Origin: Eledone cirrhosa
Lineage: Eukaryota
DNA: 64,000 bases
Assembly (NCBI GenBank): GCA_964016885.1
Contig: OZ024764.1
Span: forward strand, 18,352,001 to 18,416,000
Direction of reading: 5' to 3'
The notes under the pieces were generated by a model, which saw only the letters and a list, made by a program, of their open reading frames with translations, was not told where the DNA came from and made no database searches. Below, piece after piece: positions 26,701 through 42,294 of this stretch. The position numbers and the translations under genes are program-made. Position 1 is the first letter of the stretch. Every line of letters begins with the position of its first letter.

Positions 26701-29700
26701 AAATGACTCTCTAAGGGCTATAACGGACTCTATAATTGATAAAATGACACTAAAAGGGCTGTAACAGCATCATAAATGACTAAAACGTCTCTAAAATGGC
26801 TAAAACACTCCTTAAATTAGTAAAACTACTCTCAAATGTCTAAAATCCCTCTAAAATGGCTAAAACACTCCTTAAATGAGTAAAACCACTCTAAAATGTC
26901 TGAAATGACTCTCTAAGGGCTATAACGGTCTCTATAATTGATAAAATGACACTAAAAAGGCTGTAACGGCACCGTAAATGAATAAAACGTCTCTAAAATG
27001 GCTAAAACACTCCTTAAATTAGTAAAACCACTCTCAAATGTCTAAAATCCCTCTAAAATGGCTAAAACACTCCTTAAATGAGTAAAACCACTCTAAAATG
27101 GCTCAAATGACTCTCTAAGGGCTATAAGGACTCTATAATTGATACAATTACACTAAAAGGGCTGTAACAGCACATAAATGACTAAAACGTCTCTAAAATG
27201 GCTAAAACACTCCTTAAATGAGTAAAACCACTCTAAAATGGCTCAAATGACTCTCTAAGGGCTATAACGGACTCTATAATTGATAAAATGACACTGAAAG
27301 GGCGGTAACAGCATCATAAATGACTAAAACGTCTCTAAAATGGCTAAAACACTCCTTAAATTAGTAAAACCACTCTCAAATGTCTAAAATCCCTCTAAAA
27401 TGGCTAAAACACTCCTTAAATGAGTAAAACCACTCTAAAATGACTCTATAAGGGCTATAACGGACTCTATAATTGATAAAATGACACTAAAAGTGCTGTA
27501 ACGGCACCGTAAATGAATAAAACGTCTCTAAAATGGCTAAAACACTCCTTAAATTAGTAAAACCACTCTCAAATGTCTAAAATCCCTCTAAAATGGCTAA
27601 AACACTCCTTAAATGAGTAAAACCACTCTAAAATGGCTAAAATGACTCTATAAGGGCTATAACGGACTCTATAATTGATAAAATGACACTAAAAGTGCTG
27701 TAACGGCACCGTAAATGACTAAAACGTCTCTAAAATGGCTAAAACACTCCTTAAATGAGTAAAACCACTCTAAAATGGCTCAAATGACTCTCTAAGGGCT
27801 ATAAGGACTCTATAATTGATAAAATTACACTAAAAGGGCTGTAACAGCATCATAAATGACTAAAACGTCTCTAAAATGGCTAAAACACTCCTTAAATTAG
27901 TAAAACGACTCTCAAATGTCTAAAATCCCTCTAAAATGGCTAAAACACTCCTTAAATGAGTAAAACCACACTAAAATCACGCTAAAATGTCTGAAATGAC
28001 TCTCTAAGGGCTATAACGGTCTCTATAATTGATAAAATGACACTAAAAGGGCTGTAACGGCACCGTAAATGAATAAAACGTCTCTAAAATGGCTAAAACA
28101 CTCCTTAAATTAGCAAAACTACTCTCAAATGTCTAAAATCCCTCTAAAATGGCTAAAATGCTCCTTAAATAAGTAAAACCACTCTAAAATGGCTAAAATG
28201 ACTCTATAAGGGCTATAACGGACTCTATAATTGATAAAATGACACTAAAAGGGCTGTAACGGCACCGTAAATGACTAAAACGTCTCTAAAATGGCTAAAA
28301 CACTCCTTAAATTAGGAAAACGACTCTCAAATGTCTAAAATCCCTCTAAAATGGCTAAAACACTCCTTAAATGAGTAAAACCACTCTAAAATGGCTCAAA
28401 TGACTCTCTAAGGGCTATAACGGACTCTATAATTGATAAAATGACACTAAAAGGGCGGTAACAGCATCATAAATGACTAAAACGTCTCTAAAATGGCTAA
28501 AACACTCCTTAAATTAGTAAAACCACTCTCAAATGTCTAAAATCCCTCTAAAATGGCTAAAACACTCCTTAAATGAGTAAAACCACTCTAAAATGACTCT
28601 ATAAGGGCTATAACGGACTCTATAATTGATAAAATGACACTAAAAGGGCTGTAACAGCATCATAAATGACTAAAACGTCTCTAAAATGGCTAAAACACTC
28701 CTTAAATTAGTAAAATCACTCTCAAATGTCTAAAATCCCTCTAAAATGGCTAAAACACTCCTTAAATGAGTAAAACCACTCTAAAATGGCTCAAATGACT
28801 CTCTAAGGGCTATAACGGACTCTATAATTGATAAAATGTCACTAAAAGGGCTGTAACAGCATCATAAATGACTAAAACGTCTCTAAAATGGCTAAAACAC
28901 TCCTTAAATTAGTAAAACCACTCTCAAATGTCTAAAATCCCTCTAAAATGGCTAAAACACTCCTTAAATGAGTAAAACCACTCTAAAATGACGCTAAAAT
29001 GTCTGAAATGACTCTCTAAGGGCTATAACGGTCTCTATAATTGATAAAATGACACTAAAAAGGCTGTAACGGCACCGTAAATGAATAAAACGTCTCTAAA
29101 ATGGCTAAAACACTCCTTAAATTAGTAAAACCACTCTCAAATGTCTAAAATCCCTCTAAAATGGCTAAAACACTCCTTAAATGAGTAAAACCACTCTAAA
29201 ATGGCTAAAATGACTCTATAAGGGCTATAACGGACTCTATAATTGATAAAATGACACTAAAAGTGCTGTAACGGCACCGTAAATGACTAAAACGTCTCTA
29301 AAATGGCTAAAACACTCCTTAAATGAGTAAAACCACTCTAAAATGGCTCAAATGACTCTCTAAGGGCTATAACGGACTCTATAATTGATAAAATGACACT
29401 AAAAGGGCTGTAACAGCATCATAAATGACTAAAACGTCTCTAAAATGGCTAAAACACTCCTTAAATTAGTAAAACTACTCTCAAATGTCTAAAATCCCTC
29501 TAAAATGGCTAAAACACTCCTTAAATGAGTAAAACCACTCTAAAATGACGCTAAAATGTCTGAAATGACTCTCTAAGGGCTATAACGGTCTCTATAATTG
29601 ATAAAATGACACTAAAAAGGCTGTAACGGCACCGTAAATGAATAAAACGTCTCTAAAATGGCTAAAACACTCCTTAAATTAGTAAAACCACTCTCAAATG

Positions 29701-32512
29701 TCTAAAATCCCTCTAAAATGGCTAAAACACTCCTTAAATGAGTAAAACCACTCTAAAATGGCTAAAATGACTCTATAAGGGCTATAACGGACTCTATAAT
29801 TGATAAAATGACACTAAAAGTGCTGTAACGGCACCGTAAATGACTAAAACGTCTCTAAAATGGCTAAAACACTCCTTAAATGAGTAAAACCACTCTAAAA
29901 TGGCTCAAATGACTCTCTAAGGGCTATAACGGACTCTATAATTGATAAAATGACACTAAAAGGGCTGTAACAGCATCATAAATGACTAAAACGTCTCTAA
30001 AATGGCTAAAACACTCCTTAAATTAGTAAAACTACTCTCAAATGTCTAAAATCCCTCTAAAATGGCTAAAACACTCCTTAAATGAGTAAAACCACTCTAA
30101 AATGACGCTAAAATGTCTGAAATGACTCTCTAAGGGCTATAACGGTCTCTATAATTGATAAAATGACACTAAAAAGGCTGTAACGGCACCGTAAATGAAT
30201 AAAACGTCTCTAAAATGGCTAAAACACTCCTTAAATTAGTAAAACCACTCTCAAATGTCTAAAATCCCTCTAAAATGGCTAAAACACTCCTTAAATGAGT
30301 AAAACCACTCTAAAATGGCTAAAATGACTCTATAAGGGCTATAACGGACTCTATAATTGATAAAATGACACTAAAAGTGCTGTAACGGCACCGTAAATGA
30401 ATAAAACGTCTCTAAAATGGCTAAAACACTCCTTAAATTAGTAAAACCACTCTCAAATGTCTAAAATCCCTCTAAAATGGCTAAAACACTCCTTAAATGA
30501 GTAAAACCACTCTAAAATGGCTAAAATGACTCTATAAGGGCTATAACGGACTCTATAATTGATAAAATGACACTAAAAGTGCTGTAACGGCACCGTAAAT
30601 GACTAAAACGTCTCTAAAATGGCTAAAACACTCCTTAAATGAGTAAAACCACTCTAAAATGGCTCAAATGACTCTCTAAGGGCTATAAGGACTCTATAAT
30701 TGATAAAATTACACTAAAAGGGCTGTAACAGCATCATAAATGACTAAAACGTCTCTAAAATGGCTAAAACACTCCTTAAATTAGTAAAACGACTCTCAAA
30801 TGTCTAAAATCCCTCTAAAATGGCTAAAATACTCCTTAAATGAGTAAAACCACTCTAAAATGACGCTAAAATGTCTGAAATGACTCTCTAAGGGCTATAA
30901 CGGTCTCTATAATTGATAAAATGACACTAAAAGGGCTGTAACGGCACCGTAAATGAATAAAACGTCTCTAAAATGGCTAAAACACTCCTTAAATTAGCAA
31001 AACTACACTCAAATGTCTAAAATCCCTCTAAAATGGCTAAAACACTCCTTAAATGAGTAAAACCACTCTAAAATGGCTAAAATGACTCTATAACGGACTC
31101 TATAATTGATAAAATGACACTAAAAGGGCTGTAACGGCACCGTAAATGACTAAAACGTCTCTAAAATGGCTAAAACACTCCTTAAATTAGTAAAACGACT
31201 CTCAAATGTCTAAAATCCCTCTAAAATGGCTAAAACGCTCCTTAAATGAGTAAAACCACTCTAAAATGGCTCAAATGACTCTCTAAGGGCTATAACGGAC
31301 TCTATAATTGATAAAATGACACTAAAAGGGCTGTAACAGCATCATAAATGACTAAAACGTCTCTAAAATGGCTAAAACACTCCTTAAATTAGTAAAACTA
31401 CTCTCAAATGTCTAAAATCCCTCTAAAATGGCTAAAACACTCCTTAAATGAGTAAAACCACTCTAAAATGACGCTAAAATGTCTGAAATGACTCTCTAAG
31501 GGCTATAACGGTCTCTATAATTGATAAAATGACACTAAAAAGGCTGTAACGGCACCGTAAATGAATAAAACGTCTCTAAAATGGCTAAAACACTCCTTAA
31601 ATTAGTAAAACCACTCTCAAATGTCTAAAATCCCTCTAAAATGGCTAAAACACTCCTTAAATGAGTAAAACCACTCTAAAATGGCTAAAATGACTCTATA
31701 AGGGCTATAACGGACTCTATAATTGATAAAATGACACTAAAAGTGCTGTAACGGCACCGTAAATGACTAAAACGTCTCTAAAATGGCTAAAACACTCCTT
31801 AAATGAGTAAAACCACTCTAAAATGGCTCAAATGACTCTCTAAGGGCTATAACGGACTCTATAATTGATAAAATGACACTAAAAGGGCTGTAACAGCATC
31901 ATAAATGACTAAAACGTCTCTAAAATGGCTAAAACACTCCTTAAATTAGTAAAACTACTCTCAAATGTCTAAAATCCCTCTAAAATGGCTAAAACACTCC
32001 TTAAATGAGTAAAACCACTCTAAAATGACGCTAAAATGTCTGAAATGACTCTCTAAGGGCTATAACGGTCTCTATAATTGATAAAATGACACTAAAAAGG
32101 CTGTAACGGCACCGTAAATGAATAAAACGTCTCTAAAATGGCTAAAACACTCCTTAAATTAGTAAAACCACTCTCAAATGTCTAAAATCCCTCTAAAATG
32201 GCTAAAACACTCCTTAAATGAGTAAAACCACTCTAAAATGGCTAAAATGACTCTATAAGGGCTATAACGGACTCTATAATTGATAAAATGACACTAAAAG
32301 TGCTGTAACGGCACCGTAAATGAATAAAACGTCTCTAAAATGGCTAAAACACTCCTTAAATTAGTAAAACCACTCTCAAATGTCTAAAATCCCTCTAAAA
32401 TGGCTAAAACACTCCTTAAATGAGTAAAACCACTCTAAAATGGCTAAAATGACTCTATAAGGGCTATAACGGACTCTATAATTGATAAAATGACACTAAA
32501 AGTGCTGTAACG
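11740..32512 (-). repeat. homogeneous satellite array, monomers of 142/193/202/213 bp, with higher-order repeats
   Basis: CTGTAAC anchor at 12224, 12426 and 12619 (202 and 193 bp apart). Internal 60-bp subrepeat. Variant GACGCTAAAATGTCTG recurs at 557-bp spacing (28990, 29547, 30104; 31470, 32027). Confidence 0.95.
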
Positions 32513-32712
32513 NNNNNNNNNNNNNNNNNNNNNNNNNNNNNNNNNNNNNNNNNNNNNNNNNNNNNNNNNNNNNNNNNNNNNNNNNNNNNNNNNNNNNNNN
32601 NNNNNNNNNNNNNNNNNNNNNNNNNNNNNNNNNNNNNNNNNNNNNNNNNNNNNNNNNNNNNNNNNNNNNNNNNNNNNNNNNNNNNNNNNNNNNNNNNNNN
32701 NNNNNNNNNNNN
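32513..32712. other. assembly gap (200 N)
   Basis: Run of N; the round length suggests a scaffolding placeholder. Confidence 0.99.
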
Positions 32713-34972
32713 GTTCGACGGTTGGTCCAGCTCCCAATGCCAAAGTTTGGTGCTAGTCCCTCCAGGATTTTCCACATGTAGATCACTGCGTATCTCTCCC
32801 GTCTTCGCTCCAAGGAGTAGAGGTTCAGTTCCTTCAGCCTCTCCCAGTAGCTTGTCTCCCTCATCTTGGCAATCCTCTTGGTGTAGCTTCGCTGGATTGC
32901 CTCAAGCTCTGTGGTTAGTTTGACACTATGGGTGACCACAGCTGGGAGCAGTAGTCCAGGCGGCTTAGGACAAAAGTCCTCCACAGTGTCAACATGGTGT
33001 CTCGATCTCTTGTAAGGAAAGTCCTCAAGATCCAGCCAGCGAATCGTCTACATGCTGTCGCCACCTTCATGATGTGTGAAGAAAAAGATGCATCATCGCT
33101 CATGTCTATGCCCAGGTCTCGTATCGATTTTGACACGGGGATATCGGTCCCTCCTGGTCCTGTGTAGCTGTGTTCCGCTATATTTGTGTTTGTGTTTGCA
33201 GGTTTGTATTGTAGGGCTTGGAATTTGCCAGCATTAAACTGCATGTTGTTTTCTTCCGCCCATCTGTATATGGCATCCAGATCCTGCTGTAAGAGGGCAG
33301 CGTCAGCCGGGTTTTTGATTGCCTGTGCTACCTTAGTGTCATCAGCATAGCTAGTGAGGGATGTTGTTGCATGCACCACAGAGGGCATGTCCGAGAGAGC
33401 CACCAAAACAGTAGTGGTCCAGGACTGTCCCCTGAGGCACCCCACTTGTTATCGGTGTTTCCCTCGAGAGGCCCCATTTGCTGCGACTGCCTGGCTTCTG
33501 TCCCTCAGGAAGCCATGCAGCCACTCACCTACTTTTCCAGTTATGCCGAGTCCGTGTAGTTTGTGACATATCATTCCGTGGTCGACCTTGTCAAAGGCCT
33601 TCGCAAAGTCAAGATATATCACGTCTACATGTGAGCTGTCTAGTAGCTGTCTCAGTACCCAGTCGTAGTGATGTAGCAGCTGTGTAAGGCAGCTTCTTCC
33701 TGGGCGGAAGCCATGTTGCGTGCTAGTCAGGCGGTCATTTTCTTCGAGGAAAGTGATTAGTTTCTTTCTGACGACTCGCTCCATGACCTTACTGATATGC
33801 GACGTCAGGGAGACTGGCCTATAGTTCTTGGCCTCCGCTCTACTACCTCCTTTATGGATAGGGCATATTGTGCCTTCTTTCAGCTCCCTGGGTAGTACAC
33901 CGCTAGCCAAGGAGCTTCTGAAGAGCATCTTCAGTGGAGTTGCTAAGGCCCGCTTACATATTTTTAGGAGAACTGCTGGGAATCCATCAGGTCCAGCAGC
34001 CGAGTCTGTTCTAATTTCATCAATGGCGTACACCACATCCTCCTCCGTTATGTCTATGTGGTTGATGGTTGCCATTTCTTGATGTAGTGTTGTGGCATCA
34101 AAGAACTCCTCTGGCTTCGTTATTTGCATGTGCCTCAGTGGACATGTGAAGACACTTTTGTACTGTTCGTTCAGTATTTCACATATCTCTTGGGGATTTT
34201 CGGTTAATGAACCGTCCGTGTGGAAGAGTGGTCCAATCTTGCAGTGTACTGAGGCAGTTTCTTTTGCAAATTTAAAGAAGGCCTTAGGGTTTGTTTTAAT
34301 GTTTTCTATGGCCCTGTTCTCTTTCCTTGCCCTCTCATTCTCATGTGAAAGCTTGAGTGCAATCTCGGTGTCAAGTAGTGCACGTTTCAAATAGGATTCC
34401 TTCTTGTTTTTGGTTTTGTTGACTATTCAACTGGTTTGAGAGTTTAGTTCTACGTCTCATAAGGATTTTCCTATCTCTGGGAATAAGATTTTTGTGTCTG
34501 TTTGCCTCTTTCTCCGGGACACACTTTTTGCATATGGTGTGTATCGTTGTCATGAAGTGTTGAAATTGTGTGTTAGTGTCTTGTGTGGCGATGTTTGCAC
34601 TCCATGTTTGCTTCCGGATTTCACTCTTAATCTTCTTCCAGTCAGCCCGTAGAAGTTAAGGCTGGATAGCGTCCCGGAGCTTCTTGGTGGTTTTGTCTCT
34701 GTTGGTTCTCTTGGACCACATATCATTAGCTCTACCAAGTTATGATCCGAGAGAATTGTTGGTGTCACCTTTACATTGTGGATGAGCACTTCGTTGTTTG
34801 TAAAACAGAGGTCCAGGACATTTTCGCCTCTTGTTGGGAGGAGTATTGCTTGCTCCATGAACAGCCTGTGTGTGAGGGCCAGCAGGGATTCCGTCTGTCT
34901 CTGTTCTATTGACGTCATTCCAGGGAGGAGGTGGCCCTCAGGCATTTGACCTTTGGTAGGTTGAAGTCTCCC

Positions 34973-34975
<3 letters not shown>
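32713..34975 (-). mobile_element. CR1/L2-group LINE ORF2 fragment (C-terminal APE endonuclease plus reverse transcriptase), frameshifted, both ends missing
   Basis: Motifs across frames: [95 protein letters not shown]. Exact clade needs an RT phylogeny. Confidence 0.9.
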
Positions 34976-38050
<3,075 letters not shown>

Positions 38051-38263
38051 CATTTTAATCAATAGTCTAAGACTGCCGTATCTGTTCTTCCCTAATAGTT
38101 GTGTCAAGTGAGAGTTCCATTACAATCTGTAATGGAGGACCGAGGATTTCACCAGAAAATCTGCTACCAGTCATTTATAAACACTATATTTTAGACCACA
38201 TAACATCTATTATCTTCATCTACGTCTCTCATTGTGTATATAGAAGTCTTTTTGTCTACAACG

Positions 38264-38294
<31 letters not shown>

Positions 38295-38498
38295 TACTTG
38301 GTGGTAAACATTGAGGACCAAATAAATTAAATTAACTGATATAAAAGACACAGAAGCGAAAACCAACCAAACAGTGAGTGTGTTCTGTTATTATTTCTGG
38401 CAATATTATTACAACAATATCACCCTCCCCAAGTATAACTATATTTGTTTCGACACACGATTTCATATCAAAAACCTCGCAAAACTAATTCATCGGCG

Positions 38499-38499
<1 letters not shown>

Positions 38500-38579
<80 letters not shown>
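38500..38579. repeat. (TA)n microsatellite
   Basis: Directly visible. Confidence 0.95.
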
Positions 38580-38582
<3 letters not shown>

Positions 38583-38843
38583 GAAAGAACGAAGTTTCGT
38601 TTACATATGAAAAATATTTATTGTGTATTGACCTATTATGCGCGTTTCGCACAGGATTTGATCACGGTGACCCATAGGAGTTATGGACCCAACTCCAGTA
38701 TTGATCTGCTCTTCAGACTGGCGATGTACACACTAATATGTATATATTGCCACTTCAAGAGGACCCAGTCAGCAGCAAAACTGCTAGTGGTATGTAGATA
38801 ATATATCTACATTACATATATTCCACATATGTAAACGTAGTCT

Positions 38844-40026
38844 CCTGATATCACAGACAAGGAACTGAACTATTGTCCCCTGATATCACAGACAAGGAAC
38901 TGAACTATTGTCCCCTGATATCACAGACAAGGAACTGAACTATTGTCCCCTGATATCACAGACAAGGAACTGAACTATTGTCCCCTGATATCACAGACAA
39001 GGAACTGAACTATTGCCCCCTGATATCACAGACAAGGAACTGAACTATTGTCCCCTGATATCACAGACAAGGAACTGAACTATTGTCCCCTGATATCACA
39101 GACAAGGAACTGAACTATTGCCCCCTGATATCACAGACAAGGAATTGAACTATTGTCCCCTGATATCACAGACAAGGAACTGAACTATTGTCCCCTGATA
39201 TCACAGACAAGGAACTGAACTATTGCCCCCTGATATCACAGACAAGGAACTGAACTATTGTCCCCTGATATCACAGACAAGGAACTGAACTATTGCCCCC
39301 TGATATCACAGACAAGGAACTGAACTATTGTCCCCTGATATCACAGACAAGGAACTGAACTATTGCCCCCTGATATCACAGACAAGGAATTGAACTATTG
39401 TCCCCTGATATCACAGACAAGGAACTGAACTATTGTCCCCTGATATCACAGACAAGGAACTGAACTATTGTCCCCTGATATCACAGACAAGGAACTGAAC
39501 CATTGTCCCCTGATATCACAGACAAGGAACTGAACCATTGTCGCCTGATATCACAGACAAGGAACTGAACTATTGTCCCCTGATATCACAGACAAGGAAC
39601 TGAACTATTGTCCCCTGATATCACAGACAAGGAACTGAACTATTGTCCCCTGATATCACAGACAAGGAATTGAACTATTGTCCCCTGATATCACAGACAA
39701 AGAACTGAACCATTGTCCCCTGATATCACAGACAAGGAACTGAACCATTGTCCCCTGATATCACAGACAAGGAACTGAACCATTGTCCCCTGATATCACA
39801 GACAAGGAACTGAACCATTGTCCCCTGATATCACAGACAAGGAACTGAACCATTGTCCCCTGATATCACAGACAAGGAACTGAACTATTGTCCCTTGATA
39901 TCACAGACAAGGAACTGAACTATTGTCCCCTGATATCACAGACAAGGAACTGAACTATTGTCCCCTGATATCACAGACAAGGAACTGAACTATTGTCCCC
40001 TGATATCACAGACAAGGAACTGAACC
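38844..40026. repeat. 35-bp VNTR, ~34 near-identical copies
   Basis: CCTGATATCACAGACAAGGAACTGAACTATTGTCC; register repeats every 420 bp (12 x 35). Confidence 0.97.
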
Positions 40027-40073
40027 AAAATTTCATTATAATCACAGATATTTCTCAACTTTTAAGAATAACT

Positions 40074-41809
40074 ATGGAGAATGTTAAACACTTGGACATT
40101 TCTACCACACCTGTTTTTACCAATATAGATACAGTTACACAGACATACAGGGGTGAGAAACCTACCAATATAGATACAGTTACACAGACATACAGGGGTG
40201 AGAAACCTACCAATATAGATACAGTTACACAGACATACAGGGGTGAGAAACCTACCAATATAGATACAGTTACACAGACATACAGGGGTGAGAAACCTAC
40301 CAATATAGATACAGTTACACAGACATACAGGGGTGAGAAACCTACCAATATAGATACAGTTACACAGACATACAGGGGTGAGAAACCTACCAATATAGAT
40401 ACAGTTACACAGACATACAGGGGTGAGAAACCTTTACCTAATGAAACATGTACTGAACAAGGATCTTTAAACAGAAATATTCCTGAATATTGCTGTGAGA
40501 TTTGTAAGAAAACTTTCTCTTCAGAAGATGAAGTAGTCAGACATAGAGAGATACACACTAATAAAAAAACGTATCACTGTGAAATATGTGTGAAATCTTT
40601 TGTTAAAAATTCTTATCTTGTAAGCCATCTACGTACTCACACTGGAGAAAAACCATATCATTGTGACATATGTGAGAAATCGTTTGTCCATAAAGGGAAT
40701 TTAACAAAACACAAGATATCACATGATGGAGAAAAACCCTTCCACTGTGAGATATGTGGAAAATCTTTTCTTTATAATTATGACCTAGTTATTCACATAC
40801 GCAGCCACACTGGAGAAAAACCTTACCCTTGTGAAATATGTGGAAAATCTTTTGTCTCTAACAGTGATTTAAAAAAACATAATAAAATACACACTGGAGA
40901 AAAACCCTTCCATTGTGAAATATGTAGGAAATCTTTCACTCAAAAATCTGATCTTGTTAAACACAAACTTAGACACACAGGTAAAAAATCATTCCACTGT
41001 GAAATATGTGGGAAATCTTTTGTTATTAATGGGGACTTAGCACAACACAAGAAAAACCTTTCTATTGTGAAATATGTGGAAAGTCTTTTGTCTATAAGAG
41101 TGTCTTAAATATCCACAAACAAACTCATACTGGAGAAAAACCCTATCATTGTGAAATATGTGGGCAATGTTTTGTTGAGAATTGTAGACTTGCAATTCAC
41201 ATACGAAGTCATACAGGAGAAAAGCCGTATCATTGTGAAACATGTGGACAATCTTTTGTTAAAAACAGTGATTTAAAGAGACATAAAAGAACACACACAG
41301 GAGAAAAACCGTACCACTGTGACATATGTGGGAAATCATTCTCTGTTAATTCAAATCTTATAACTCACAAACAGAGACACACTGGAGAAAAACTGTGTTG
41401 TTGTGAAATATGTGGGAAATCTTTTGTCACTAGTAGAGACTTAAAGAGACACAAAAGAATACACACTGGAGAACGACCCTATCACTGCGACATGTGTGGG
41501 AAATCTTTTACTCAGAAATCTACTCTTGTTAACCACATACGAAGTCACACTGGAGAAAAACCCTGTCATTGTGAAATATGTGGGAAATCTTTTGTCAATA
41601 ACAGGGATTTAAATAGGCATATGAGAATACACAGTGGAGAAAAACCCTACCATTGTGAAATATGTGGGAAAGCTTTCACTCAAAATTCTCATCTTGTTGA
41701 TCATATACGAAGCCACACTGGAGAAAAACCTTACCCTTGTGAAATATGTGGGAAATCTTTTGTCTCAAATGGTGTCTTAAATAAACACAAACAGGGACAC
41801 TTGGGGTGA
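40074..41809 (+). pseudogene. tandem C2H2 zinc-finger gene, 16 fingers, with a frameshift in finger 7 (pseudogene or truncated allele)
   Basis: ATG at 40074 (MENVKH) behind a possible acceptor ...TTTCATTATAATCACAG (~40047). Repeated CEICGKSF-x-L-x-H-x3-H fingers with TGEKP linkers. Frame 1 ends at 41108 after 6.5 fingers; a second frame is open 41051-41809 with 9 more fingers. A decayed 17th finger follows the stop. Confidence 0.85.
40119..40433 (+). repeat. 45-bp in-frame coding VNTR, 7 perfect copies (TNIDTVTQTYRGEKP)
   Basis: ACCAATATAGATACAGTTACACAGACATACAGGGGTGAGAAACCT x7. Confidence 0.97.
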
Positions 41810-42294
41810 AAGTCTTTCGACTGTGAAACATGAGGTATTTTTGCAAGATTCTTGATGTGAAATCGTGTGAGTAACAGTGCCATATAAAAACCCACACACA
41901 GGAAGACAAGATGGAGTAAGGAGATTAAGACCAAAAAGAAGAGGAAACACGGAGAAAAAATGTCAATAAGGAGGTCACAGAATGTGTGACAAAACAGCTT
42001 TGATGAAATAACTAATCTATATTATAAAAGAGCCGTTTCTCCCTCTGTCTGTCACAACATATATGCAGGAGAGAAAAAGGGGTAGAGTGAAAAGTCATTG
42101 TTGTTCAAAGAGAAACAGTGAGAGAGAGAGAGAGAGAGTGTGTGTGAAAGATTGATAGTTTACCCCTTTAGCAACTGGCTGTATCCGGCCAGAAATCTCT
42201 CACCTCTTTCTGTTCAAGCTGGCTGTAACTGGCCACTCATACTGATGTTAAGGTATTGTGCTCAAAATAAACAATATCAAAATCTCATAGAATC

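Noticed and set aside
32444-32984. ORFs crossing the N gap, and apparent satellite-LINE adjacency
   Set aside because: Artefact of Ns; true distance and adjacency across the gap are unknown.
38844-40026. 35-bp repeat array as a possible CRISPR array
   Set aside because: Units are contiguous with no unique spacers, no cas genes, eukaryotic context.
39993-40073. TTG-initiated N-terminal extension of the ZNF ORF
   Set aside because: Derived from the last VNTR unit and probable intron; the first ATG is at 40074.
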